DNA of 63,402 nucleotides, filler included, from Octopus bimaculoides (taxonomy: Eukaryota), in the NCBI RefSeq assembly GCF_001194135.2. It is 8 parts of 7 records of this genome, joined end to end, with 100 filler letters (N's around TTAATTAATTAA, not from the genome) between each part and the next. Parts side by side here need not be neighbours in the genome. Positions count along the whole stretch, not along the records: positions 1 to 4,690 come from NC_069009.1; positions 4,791 to 10,239 come from NC_068987.1; positions 10,340 to 18,409 come from NC_068985.1; 5 more parts are not named here. One strand, written 5' to 3'. A program made the translations under genes and the position numbers. The notes under the pieces were generated by a model that was given only the letters and a program-made list of their open reading frames with translations, was not told the origin of the DNA and ran no database searches. Positions 1 to 11,755 of this stretch are shown here, in pieces. Each line of letters starts with the position of its first letter. Position 1 is the first letter of the stretch.

Positions 1-71
<71 letters not shown>

Positions 72-1183
72 ATTAATATTTCTAAGTCTCTCTACAGGAG
101 ACTACGGTAGCGGTACTGGAAATTAATTGAATTCAAATATGAAGTAGACATTTAAAACCGTTGGTAAGTTAGCCTCAGCTATATCTTTCGGTTTTCCATC
201 CCTGTCATGATTAAGTATTTTATTTAATCCACAAACAACATAGTTAATTGGTTGCTCCTTATTTAAAACGACAGAGAAGTGGGGTTTTAATCAACCACAT
301 ATGAACGAATAGCTTTCCTGATTTTCCTTCTCTTTTCATTTGACTTTCAAACAGAAAATAAGAATTCTCATTTGGATTACCATAACTGAACGCATGTTTT
401 AGAAACACTCTCTTGTTATACATTATTATATTCTAGGTTCATTTGTCGAATCTGTACGTAAACATCGAGCTCTGGCACATAGATTTCTTTATTGTTAAAT
501 GTCTTTAAAATGCAATTGAAATTTTGAGGGTGAAGGTTAAGATTATGTACATAAGATTTTTAAAGTAATGTTTGGTGGAGCTTCGGATCTATTCTTACGA
601 ACCACTACCCGACAATCACTTCCTCACAACTCGCTCAACGGTGCTTATTTTTCAATGAAAGCTTTACAGCTCATATTTCTGTGGTTGATCCGAATCTCTG
701 CAAAAACATTATTTTAATCAATTCTTTCGACATAAAGTTCATTTTAAAAAACGGACACTCGCGAATTTTTTTATTAAATATTTATATTCTCAAAAAGGTT
801 ATTCGAATGCAAAGTTATGGAATGGTCATCAAAGCGATTCCAGCCATAGCACAATGGTCATGGCTGGAATGTCTTTCAGGATAGGTCTGACAAGTCAGAG
901 CTGACTCGGGACGAAACAACAACGAAGTAACGATGAAGAATGTAATTGTCCATTGTGCTGGGTGTTTGACATATATAATGTTATATAATATGAAGGTGTG
1001 AATGCATCGATTTGATTGTTCTATGGTGTAATTTAATTTAAAAAATCAAGATTAAACTGTAATTGTTCTGTTAAAGGATCAAATCTATTGTTTATTATTA
1101 TAGAAATGTTGACAAATTTCCACTGCTAAGTCTTAAGTTTTTATGTATCCTCTATAGTTTGTAATGTTTCTCTGATACTTCAG

Positions 1184-2420
1184 AATAGCAGATGGCACTG
1201 GAGTCAAAGAATATCTATATATTGTAGCGAAAAGTGAAAGATTATGGGAGATGGGTTGTGTAGAAAGACGCCTGCATGCAACTCTGCTGAAGAATTGATT
1301 TCAATGATGAAATGCCAAGAAATAAAGTAAAAGAATCCTACAACTGTGATATCTACTAAACATCATTTGTTCAAAAAGGTAACCATTTTACTTAGAAATT
1401 TATTCATGTCTTATAGACGCAGGGGTTGCTGTGTTATATAAAGCTTCTTTCTCAACCACATGGTTCCGGGTACAGAACCATGCGTGGCACCTCGGACAAG
1501 TGTTTTCTACTATAGCCTCTGGCCGACCAAAACCTTGTGAGTGAATTTGCTAGACAGAAACCGAAACAAGCCCGTCGTATATATATATACATATACGCAT
1601 GAGTGTCTATGTGTTTGTCCTTCCACTATCACTTCCCAACAGATGTTGGTGTGTTTATGCCCCTGTAACCTAGCGGTTCGGCAAAATAGACCGATAGAAT
1701 ACTAGGCCTACAAAGAATAAGTCCTAGGGTCAATTTCTTCGACTAAAACCAATTGAGGTGGTGCTTCAGCATGGCCGCAGTCAAATTACTGAAATAATTA
1801 AAAGAATAAAAGAAATACACGTGAGAAGACTCATTGCTGTGTTAACTGTAATAAATTATTCTCTTGAAAGAGTAACTTACGTAAACATAAATGCACTCAC
1901 ACAGGAGAGAAGCTATATCAGCGTGATATGTGTGGTACATCATTTCTCAACAATAATAGAAACATAAACACACATATACTCATACAGGAGAGAAACCTTA
2001 TCATTTTGCTATGAGTCTCTGTCAAAATAGTGTACATAGGGGTGGGAAGCCAAATTAGCGTTCCTATTTGTGCTAAATCATTCTATGTAAGAAGCCATTT
2101 AACCAAGCGTAATCTCATTCATCGGACAGCGAAATCATACCATTGTGATATCTGTGGCAAATCGTTCTCTAAAAGCTGTGGCCCAAGTAAACACACGGGC
2201 ACTCTTAAAGGGGAAAAGCCATATCATTTTGACATTTGTGGTAATTCATTCTAGCAAATCAGTAATTTAACTATTCACGAGAGCATTCATACAGGAGGAA
2301 GAAAACATATCCCTATTATGTCTGAGATAAATCATTCTCACAGAATGGTTCCTTAACTAAACACAAACATATTCCTGCAGAAGAAAAGGTGCGTTATTGA
2401 TGTCATGGAATATCATTAAA
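1184..2420 (+). pseudogene. Decayed tandem C2H2 zinc-finger gene, split by a SINE
   Basis: Repeated HTGEKPYHCDICGKSFS-like linkers and fingers (for example YHCDICGKSFSKS, GEKPYHFDICGNSF, SIHTGG) with stops, frameshifts and lost Cys/His. Acceptor-like tttcag at about 1183. Confidence 0.8.
1416..1813 (+). mobile_element. Abundant tRNA-derived SINE (family A)
   Basis: Head with A/B-box-like motifs, shared core gcctcgggccgaccaaagccttgtgagtggatttg, central microsatellite, and tail ggtgctccagcatggccgcagtcaaatgactgaaa. Similar to many other copies in the window. Confidence 0.8.
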
Positions 2421-2816
2421 AAAGACAATTAACTATAGATGTATCTAATTATACAGATGCATCTAATTATATAATGTCAAAAATCATTTGTTAAAGAAAT
2501 ATCTTATATAAGAATAAAGGTATCCACACAAGAAAGAAGATATAACTGTGTGTTATAACAACCGCTGTACTTTATTTTATATAACCATATCAATATTTGC
2601 ATTAGTAATATTGTGGAATGTTCTTTCATAATATTCACTAGCAAACCTACCCATCTACAATGGGAAATGAAAAGAGGATGGAAAATAATAGCAACTTTAA
2701 GTATAAATGTTTTTATACTGAAATATGGCATGGGAAATGTAATGAAATATAAATAACGGTTGGTTTTGATTATACTCATGTACAGCTTTATATAGTACAT
2801 ATTTATGATATTACGT

Positions 2817-3385
2817 TTACAAAACTTCTTTGTAAAAAATATTTTGTTTTTGATCAACACTAATTTTCAAATTAGCTGAGTCCACTGCTCTGCTCATAGA
2901 GACGTACAACTGGCCGTGTGTAAACTTCGAACTGGACAGAAACATACCAACACAGTCTAAAGTCTGGCCATGAGACTTGTTATTTGTGAATGAGAAGGCT
3001 AGTTTGATGGGAAACTGCCTGTATCGTGATTGGAAGGGAAACTGGTTGTCGGAGGGCTCCAGTGGTATCCGACATGTGAACAGGTGCTTACCACTGTGAG
3101 GGCCAATCGCTATCACTGCCCGGATGACGTGAGAATTGAATTGCGTGAGGGTGTATCATGTTCCGTTGCAATTTCCATTGGCAGGGTCAACATTTCGTTG
3201 GAGCATTATAGGACAGTACTACTACAGAGGGACCCTATGCTTTGGTAGTCCCGATGGGTTGAAGTCGTTAAGGAAATCCTGTAGATACTGGTGCTAATTT
3301 CTATTAACAATAATGTCCGAACTTAGATATTGTCGACTTTCTCCTGGGAAGTTGTTAATCATGTAGTCATTAAGATTATTGTTTT
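2817..3385 (-). mobile_element. Helitron Rep/Hel helicase C-terminal relic (PIF1-like)
   Basis: Reads NPSGLPKH...PIMLQRNVDPANGNCNGT...RIPLEPSDNQFPFQSRYRQFPIKLAFSFTNNKSHGQTLDCVG...FTHGQLYVSMSR, which are the helicase motifs of Helitron transposases. Contains in-frame stops. Confidence 0.9.
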
Positions 3386-3439
3386 TATTTATTTATTTTT
3401 GTGCTGGGTGCTGTACCAAATTGACATCGCTGTAGAGGA

Positions 3440-4075
3440 AGTGTGTTGATGGGGTTAAAATAAACGCACCCCCCACACACCCAGTCTTCTTTCTGTCTCT
3501 CTCTCTCTCTCTATCTCTCTCTCACATACACATTTTCTGTTTCGCACCCCCCATCAATGTATTGATGGGGTGAAAGAAAACACACAGACGAACACACTTA
3601 GTGTGCCTTTCTCTCTGTTTCTGTGTGTCTGTGTTTCCCTTTGTCTCTGTCTTTCTCTCTCTGTCTATGTGTCTCTGTGTGTCTTCACACAAATTGTGTG
3701 TCGCTCACCCCACCTACACCCAGAATCGTTGTAGAGATAATAATGAAAGAAAAATTGAAAGTAACGTTTGAACTTTCATAAATGCCATTTAGGTTTTTGT
3801 TTCTGCTTTGTTCCTGTGACCGATTTTCGTATAATCTATTTTTATTTATGTATCTTTATTTGTGTATACCGAAATGGCTTCCTTAGTTTCGTACGAATCG
3901 AAGCAGTGTAGCTAGTGTTTTCAATAAAAAAAATTTAAATATGCTATAAACCATTCTCGAGATGTCCCTAGTAAGACTGCCAAGTTTCGTGAAAGTTTGG
4001 TCAGTCGGTTGGCCGTGAAAAGGTCACGGACAGACGGACGGACAAAAGGCAAACTATAGTAAGATATCCATTCCA
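3440..4075 (+). mobile_element. Probable non-autonomous Helitron/Helentron-like element
   Basis: 3' end ccaagtttcgtgaaa...cgtgaaaaggtcacggacagacggacggac...tatagtaagat resembles DINE-1/Lep1-type ends. Internal hairpin at about 3545-3571. Confidence 0.5.
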
Positions 4076-4373
4076 TCTAGGATATTTTCTGAGTGAAGAA
4101 AAGACGATATTAAAATGTTCGTCATTGTATAAATAGATGAGAAATGTATTTTCATGTATCAGTGATAACATTATTGTTATTATACTAGAAATAGATATAA
4201 ACACAAACTATAAAAGAAAATGTTTCCTCACACCATCATAGATTATACAAATATATGTATCCTGAATGTTATACACAGTTTCATGTATCTATATATATTC
4301 TTTTGTGATGTTACTATATGAGTCACATCATAATGGTGATCGTATTTTTGATTAAATCTATATTTTTATATAA

Positions 4374-4690
4374 TTACTAGCAGAAATACCCGGCGTTGCC
4401 CGGGTTAAAGAGAATAATGAAATCTAAAAACGCCGTCTAGACTACGCAACCCTCAACTGTTAGTAGCTACGATACCATATTTCTACATTAATAACTCTCC
4501 AATCCATGCCAGCATGGAACATAGATATTAAGTGGAATGCTAGAAGAAAGTTTTCAACTCATATATATATAAAGTAAATACACGTAATTCAGAAACACGT
4601 TTTGTGTATTTTATTTCGTAACCAAACAAACAGGTACAGATTATAAACAATGAAAGGCCAATTTTGGTGATTCATTTGACAGAGGTAGTA
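4374..4690 (+). mobile_element. 5' part of a non-autonomous Helitron-like element, cut by a contig end
   Basis: Starts ACTAGcagaaatACCCGGCGTTGCCCGGG, a terminal motif plus GC hairpin typical of such elements. Confidence 0.5.
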
Positions 4691-4734
4691 NNNNNNNNNN
4701 NNNNNNNNNNNNNNNNNNNNNNNNNNNNNNNNNN

Positions 4735-4746
4735 TTAATTAATTAA
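4735..4746. other. Artificial scaffolding linker TTAATTAATTAA flanked by N runs (also 10285, 18454, 49729, 52312, 54170, 55680)
   Basis: Identical 12-mer with stops in all six frames, centred in 100-bp N blocks. Confidence 0.95.
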
Positions 4747-4790
4747 NNNNNNNNNNNNNNNNNNNNNNNNNNNNNNNNNNNNNNNNNNNN

Positions 4791-4831
<41 letters not shown>

Positions 4832-5276
4832 TTGGCTTATTCAGCCCAAGTATATATATATATATATACATACGTGTCTGAATAAACCAAAATGCATTAT
4901 ATAAAAGGTAAACATGACGCAAAACGATCGAAAAATCAATACTACTTTTGAATAGAATCTGAAGTAGCCAGCAGTTACATATTTTGATATTATTGACACT
5001 GTTCACTACCTCTGACGTCAGACATTTATGACGTCAGTCATACCTCGCTTAGACGCTGCCGTTGCTTGTCAGTTATTGTACGCGCTGTCTCGTTTGACTA
5101 ACATCCCCTACCTGCATCAAGGGACAGCTCTGAATATATAAAACTTATATAACCAGACATTTCCATTCAGTCGGACAATTATTTATTTATTCATGTTATT
5201 CTTTTTATCCTAATCTTTTTATTTTCATTCTTGTTTGTTGTTTTATATTTTTCAAGCATATCGATGTGCAGGATTT

Positions 5277-5319
<43 letters not shown>

Positions 5320-5370
5320 CACACGCACACACACACGCAAACACACATACACACACACATACACACACAC

Positions 5371-5401
<31 letters not shown>

Positions 5402-5793
5402 CATATGTATACGCCTATGCTTCATTATATCCATAATATAATTTATATTACCATTATAATTTTCAACGCATAAAAATTGTGGAGGAATATATATATATTT
5501 TTTTATTTCAGGTTTTGCTATAATCCTCAGTATATTAAACGAAACATTATTTCGACAATAAGCTGTACTGCACAAATACAAGCAGACTCAGACAGACACA
5601 CGTATATTATTTATTGGAAACTGTACACAAAATTACTCGTTATTCCACATATTTGCAGATCAGGAATAAACAATATATAGAAGTAACATTTTAATTTATT
5701 CAGGTTACAATAAACGTAGTATAGCCGTGGAAAATCGCTTTGAAAATGGTATTTAATAAATGCATCAATATAATATAATATTCTGTGTATTTT

Positions 5794-6200
5794 GTGGCTG
5801 TGTGGTTAGAAGCTTGCTACCGAACCACATGGTTTCAGGTTCTGTTCCACTGCTTGGCCCCTTTTGGCAAGTGTATTTTACTATAGCCTCGAGCCAACCA
5901 ACGACTTGTGAGTGGATTTGTAGACGGAAACTATAAGAAGCCCGTCGTATAAGTATACATATTCGTATATATATCTATGTGTGTCTTTGTGTCTGTGTTT
6001 GCACCCACCGCATCACCGCTTGACAAACTGTGTTGGTGTTTTCGATTCCGTAACTAAGCAGTTCGCCAAAAGAGAATGCTACAATAAGTAAAAAAAAAAG
6101 TAAGTCATGGGGTCGATTTCTTCGACTAAAACCCTTCAAGTCGGTGCTCCATCATGGCCGAAGTCAGATGATTGAAAAACTGAAAAAAGTGAAAAGAATA
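5794..6200 (+). mobile_element. SINE family A copy
   Basis: Same head, core and tail as 1416-1813. Confidence 0.8.
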
Positions 6201-7589
6201 TATATTATTTAAAACTTTTATCTACCGTAATCGATGAAACGATTTCAATGCAAGAAAGAAATAAGGGCAGCTTTGTGAAACTCACTGAATCGGCAGACCC
6301 CATGGCAAATGAAAGACTAAACTAGCAGAAAATCACACTGACAATGGTTGCCCAGTATGCCCACAGTCTTTGGCAGAAACATGTGAGTGTAAAGTTGCTC
6401 GAAATAGAATAAAAATAAACGAAAGTTTTAGATTAAATAGCTGATCTTTTTTGTTTCGCTTAAATCAATGGAAACTTCATTACATTATTGCTGAAGGTTT
6501 CTGCAAGTATTATTTTGTGAAGAGACTGATGAGCCTGGGATTCACACATAAAAGTACTTCATAGCATGACTTACGCCCAAAAATGCAAAATCTCTATGGC
6601 TTTGATTGCATATAGGTTAGTTTCTTAGGTTCACGTATAAAACGTTTCACCAAACGCCATTTGTCAAAAGAGCTGAAATTGTGACACCCATCACGGTTTC
6701 TACTATTGAAACGTAATAAAATCATGTAAACAATTAAGCAGAAATTAATATTTTAGTGGAACAGAGATATAACTACATACATTGATACACATAAACATAT
6801 TCATGTCTTTATGTGTGTGTGTGTGTGTGTGTGTGTGACTGTGTGTTTGTGCAAGTGTGTATGCAGCAGGAGATATTTCGGCTTACTTTCAGCTTGTCAA
6901 TGTTCGACAAATGTGTGCATCTTTTTGATGGTATGTGTATTTGATCGTGTCTACTCGAGTGGGTGTGTATTACATTGTGTTTAAATGTTTCTCGACACTA
7001 CGACAAAAATTGTAAAGAGAAAGATTTAAATTTTATTTTTTCGACATAACCTATGACGTATCGCATGCATGTTCACGCACTACACAGACACAGACAGATA
7101 AACACACAAACACTCACACATATGCCTGTATATATGTATGTATATATTTATGTGTGCGTGTATATGTATGCGTGTAAAAGTGAGATTTTCTCTGCTCCTA
7201 CTCGCAAATTAACAGCCCGGCTTTCAGAATTTCCTCTATTTATTTCTCATCCCAGCATCTCTTCTGGGTATTCATGCCGATTATTTAGCACAAATATACA
7301 TTACATTCTATCCATCCTCTTTGAATATAAAGGAAAACTGAGCTAAGGGAAATGTTTCGACGTGGTCAGTGGCATGTATTTCTATAAAGGAAAAATCCAT
7401 ATATGTCAAATACCATATCAAAATAAAGTTGTAGTATATTGTCAACTTAATGTGACAATCACAATAAGGGAACACACTACTGCCGTTTAGCACTAGGAAG
7501 CTGGACTGCTTCCTGTCGGCCTTGACACAATTACTGTGTCCTTAAGTTTGCGAGGGGGAGACAAGCTCCTCCACCCAGCCTAGCCAGCA

Positions 7590-7632
7590 TTGAGGGACAT
7601 GTTTCTGAGTCTTTGCTCGTCATCAGCTTGAA
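7590..7632 (-). ncRNA. Hammerhead copy in the left arm, partly degraded
   Basis: ttcaag-CTGATGA-cgag(caaaga)ctca-GAAA-CATG-TC-cctcaa. The core is intact but stems I and II carry mismatches. Confidence 0.55.
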
Positions 7633-7810
7633 GTAGCTTGCCAGCTGGATAGAGAAGCCCGTCTCGCCTTCGCAAACTTATATAAATCATAGTGAAGTTT
7701 ATTCACTGATCAGCAAAATTAGAAATATAATATTTCTAAATCTCTCAGAGAGATGATTTATATAAGTTTGCGAAGGCGAGACGGGCTTCTCTATCCAGCT
7801 GGCAAGCTAC

Positions 7811-7853
7811 TTCAGGCTGATGACGAGCAAAGACTCGGAAACATGTCCCTGAA
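7811..7853 (+). ncRNA. Minimal type I hammerhead ribozyme motif
   Basis: ttcagg-CTGATGA-cgag(caaaga)ctcg-GAAA-CATG-TC-cctgaa: 6-bp stem I, 4-bp stem II, palindromic ACATGT stem III, GUC cleavage triplet. Confidence 0.8.
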
Positions 7854-9268
7854 TGCTGGCTAGGCTGGGTGGAGGAGCTTGTCTCCTCCTCGCAAACTTA
7901 ATGACACAGTAATTGTGTCAAGGCCGACAGGAAGCAGTCCAGCTTCCTAGGGCTAAACGGCTGCAGTATGTTCCCTTATTGGGATTGTCACATTAAGTTG
8001 ACAATATACTACAACTTTATCGCTCCACCACTGCTTAAATCTCTCTGAGAGATTTAGAAATATTATATTTCTAACATATCAAAATAATTCTTCATTTATT
8101 AATATTGCTTCAATCACAAGAGGATATGTCATAATTATCAAATGGTAATTATGGCCAACTCCACTGGACAAGAGGAGATATTCTCAAGAGTCAAGTATAT
8201 CTCCCAGACTACCATGTTATTGAGGAAAATAAAGAAATTTTGTCGTATGGCATTTGACATACCCATATAGGCACTGGGTATACTTTATCTAGCTTTTTGC
8301 ATTTTAACGGGACAAGTTATATACATACACAAACGTACAAACATACAGACACACACGAAGCGCACACACACAAATACACACACATACATACACGCATAAT
8401 ATACTTGGCGTATGATGAATATGCGTACGAGCTGATAATGAATACATACATGTTCACAGACATGCCTACATAGATACATATATACATCCATACGTAACGA
8501 AACGCTTATGTATGACCTATACGTCCCTGTGTGTTTGTGACATATGGACTATAATTCAGGTGATGAAGAAAGAAGAAATAATGTAGAAGCGTTAAACATA
8601 TACATGGTGCGGAAAACGATAGACTGATACAATTAACGCAGTAGCAAAAGATAAAAGCATATGCACACACACCCATATGTATATATGCATATATATATAT
8701 ATATATATATANNNNNNNNNNNNNNNNNNNNNNNNNNNNNNNNNNNNNNNNNNNNNNNNNNNNNNNNNNNNNNNNNNNNNNNNNNNNNNNNNNNNNNNNN
8801 NNNNNNNNNNNNNNNNNNNNNNNNNNNNNNNNNNNNNNNNNNNNNNNNNNNNNNNNNNNNNNNNNNNNNNNNNNNNNNNNNNNNNNNNNNNNNNNNNNNN
8901 NNNNNNNNNNNNNNNNNNNNNNNNNNNNNNNNNNNNNNNNNNNNNNNNNNNNNNNNNNNNNNNNNNNNNNNNNNNNNNNNNNNNNNNNNNNNNNNNNNNN
9001 NNNNNNNNNNNNNNNNNNNNNNNNNNNNNNNNNNNNNNNNNNNNNNNNNNNNNNNNNNNNNNNNNNNNNNNNNNNNNNNNNNNNNNNNNNNNNNNNNNNN
9101 NNNNNNNNNNNNNNNNNNNNNNNNNNNNNNNNNNNNNNNNNNNNNNNNNNNNNNNNNNNNNNNNNNNNNNNNNNNNNNNNNNNNNNNNNNNNNNNNNNNN
9201 NNNNNNNNNNNNNNNNNNNNNNNNNNNNNNNNNNNNNNNNNNNNNNNNNNNNNNNNNNNNNNNNNNNN

Positions 9269-9314
<46 letters not shown>

Positions 9315-10339
9315 TGGTAAACAAACCAAAAGGCTTTCTAAGGTACGGAGAGAAAGCTTCTACGGAACTATGAGAGAATGAAACTGATGGGAGAGCGTTT
9401 GACCCAATCGGATTGTAAAGAGGCATCTTAGCTTTGATTTGTACGTTCCATTCTGGCTGAGGTTAGGTCATCATTTTTCAGTTATTTGTTTTTAATTAAA
9501 AATTGTCGCTTCGAATCGGACAATAAAATATTATTATGATATATTCTTGTACAATTAGTATAATATGAGTCTTCTTTAATAACATTCCATCCGTAACTTA
9601 CATAGACTTTCGGGATTGTTTACAAATATTATATCTAGTATTACACCATTTAAGTATATATTAACTAAATTTGGTTGAAATTGATGGTGAAAATTTGGAC
9701 CAATCGGATACACAAGGAGCTATATTAGCTGGGTTTAACTCATCATTTTTCATTCATTGTTTGTATTTAAAAATTGTCGCTTCAAATCGAAGGATAATAT
9801 ATTATTATGATATATTATTATACAACTATATATACATGAGAACCCAATAAGTTTCGAAAATCGATTAAGGTTGTTCATCATTTTTTCAATCTGCGTAGAA
9901 AATGGCTAAAACTTTTCCCTGTTTGTAATTATATTATATGTCACATATCTATTGTATCATCCCTTGATACAGTGTGGATTACGATCCTCGTTGACAAGCC
10001 GTATGCAAATTAAGGACTCGTTCATAGAATAACTGCTGCATTTGTTGAGTACATAAAAAGTTTGACTGCCTGTTTGCCTGGAGACAGTCAGAATGTTGTA
10101 GATGCCTCTGATGAGAACCCACTAAAGTTCCAAAATCGATTAAGGTTGTTCATCAATTTTTTCAATTTGCGGAGAAACAGACAAAAAATTGCCCTGTTTA
10201 TAAATTATACCACATGTTACACACACACACACACACACANNNNNNNNNNNNNNNNNNNNNNNNNNNNNNNNNNNNNNNNNNNNTTAATTAATTAANNNNN
10301 NNNNNNNNNNNNNNNNNNNNNNNNNNNNNNNNNNNNNNN

Positions 10340-10816
10340 TGTACGAAGGATTATTTACCTAAATTCACTGGAATACGTCCACTGGTTTTCAAAAATAGAA
10401 ATATTAATATTTGTAAGTCTCTCACCATGTTGGCTTGGCGATAACTATTAATATCCTGTACCGCTGCCGTAGTCTCCTTTAGAGAGACTTTGAAATATCA
10501 ATATTTCTATTTTTGAAAACCAGTGGATGTATTCCACTGAATTTAGGTAAATGATCCTTCGTACAGACGGTCGGTAGCGGCGCCTGCTGGGTTCGGCTGT
10601 TCTACATTGATAAGGGGCAACACCCCGAAACTAGTCTGTAGATGCCAGACCAGCAAGGGGAAGCGGCTGACGTTGTCCCCTGTTCGAAGGTTATAATGGG
10701 CACAAGATTGTTTGTCACATAGCTAGCTAGCGGCGATGATCTCTTCGAGTTAATCAACGGCAGCATTCGTCCTATTTTTTGGACTGCCATGTTGGCTTGC
10801 CGATAATTATTAATAT
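10340..10816. mobile_element. Second fold-back, hammerhead-bearing element (PLE pseudo-LTR-like), cut on the left by a contig end
   Basis: 84-bp inverted arms at 10340-10423 and 10482-10565 (6 mismatches). A 30-bp direct repeat at 10425-10454 and 10787-10816. Hammerhead at 10601-10642. Confidence 0.7.
10601..10642 (+). ncRNA. Minimal type I hammerhead ribozyme, U3-A8 core variant
   Basis: tctaca-TTGATAA-gggg(caaca)cccc-GAAA-CTAG-TC-tgtaga: perfect stems I and II, palindromic ACTAGT stem III, GUC site. Stem I extends via ggc/gcc and tgctgg/ccagca. Confidence 0.85.
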
Positions 10817-10818
10817 AC

Positions 10819-10851
<33 letters not shown>

Positions 10852-11099
10852 CGTGTGCGTGTGCGTGCGTGCGTGCGTGCGTATGTGCGCGCGCGCGCGT
10901 ACCGTTACATGTCTCGAAGACATGTTTTAATCGTAATCCCTATTAAATACACCTCTAACTGTGTCAAAGTTCTCTAATGTTTATTCAATTTTTTTACTTA
11001 CAGAGTGCAGAGTAAGGCCAGGATCCATGACCTTTGCAAACTCTTCTATACCAGTTTCGTTTAGATTGTAGAAAATCAATACCTGCAGACTTGAACAGG

Positions 11100-11260
11100 G
11101 AAATGATTCAAGAGGATCGATGTTCTGGGAAGAAGAAACTGAGCATTGGTTAATGGCGGTGGGTAACTGTGGAATTGGACACAACCAGAATGATACTGAA
11201 TGGAAAGGCAAGTGGTTCTGATGGGCTTGGATGGAAGACGTACAAAACTAGGCTCCTCTG
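11100..11260 (+). mobile_element. Possible degenerate LINE reverse-transcriptase fragment
   Basis: One frame reads VTVELDTTRMILNGKASGSDG, resembling the LINE motif EL..AI..LKNGKAPGPDG. All frames contain stops. Confidence 0.35.
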
Positions 11261-11723
11261 AAGAACAGAGTGATTGATAAGACAAAGAGAAGAGACAGCA
11301 CTCGTGGGAGCCACATAATATCACATGAATATGATCTTAATTCCAGTTACGCAGCAAGTAAAAGTGGGAAAGCATGACGACCCATATGCGTGTGTGTAAG
11401 TAGCATTTTATCCTTCCACTTGCTTTATGACACGAACATCATATTGAGAAAAATCCATAAATTTTAAGAGCTCTTAAATCTTTTATTTAGTTTCTTTAAA
11501 TTTGAACTTTATATTCTACCAAAATATAGTGATGCTGAAGACATTTGGAGAGATTCATATGAATATGTAGCAGAGAACATCCATAGCTGAACAGTAATGA
11601 ATTAAAGAATAAAGAATGTTTTCGTTGGACTGGAGATCATATCTCAGCGAAAGAGAAATACGGTGAAGGAGAGATGGAGAGATAGAATGAAGAGAGACAA
11701 CGATTGTGCATGCACAATCTTTC

Positions 11724-11755
<32 letters not shown>

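Larger units (their letters stand above)
7414..8087. mobile_element. Fold-back insertion with 268-bp inverted arms, hammerhead motifs and a 13-bp target-site duplication (PLE pseudo-LTR or retrozyme-like)
   Basis: Arms 7423-7690 and 7753-8020 are near-identical reverse complements. A second 35-bp inverted pair lies at 7719-7753 and 8040-8074. CATATCAAAATAA occurs at 7414-7426 and 8075-8087. Confidence 0.8.

Noticed and set aside
870-920. Hammerhead-like ctgacaa-gtc...gac-gaaac
   Set aside because: Stem I does not form and the C3/A8 pair is mismatched. It resembles a common repeat tail ending in (AAC)n.
5013-5036. Two TGACGTCA (CRE) sites 16 bp apart
   Set aside because: No nearby gene start on this segment, and it is probably transposon-internal. 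Not supportable as a regulatory site.
6515-6565. CTGATGA followed by aaagtact
   Set aside because: No stem II and no GAAA.
6865-6905. Minus-strand ttgacaa-gct...agcc-gaaa-tatc
   Set aside because: Possibly a decayed U3-A8 hammerhead, but stem I is absent and stem II is out of register.
8506-9426. Long ORFs full of X or of YI/CV/HT dipeptides (also at 35, 39-42, 58-59 and 62 kb)
   Set aside because: These are artefacts of N runs and dinucleotide microsatellites.
10995-11090. Minus-strand segment with cag acceptor and GTAAGT donor as a further EGFLAM exon
   Set aside because: The translation lacks LamG-terminal motifs, it lies on a different scaffold piece, and the neighbouring plus strand looks LINE-derived.
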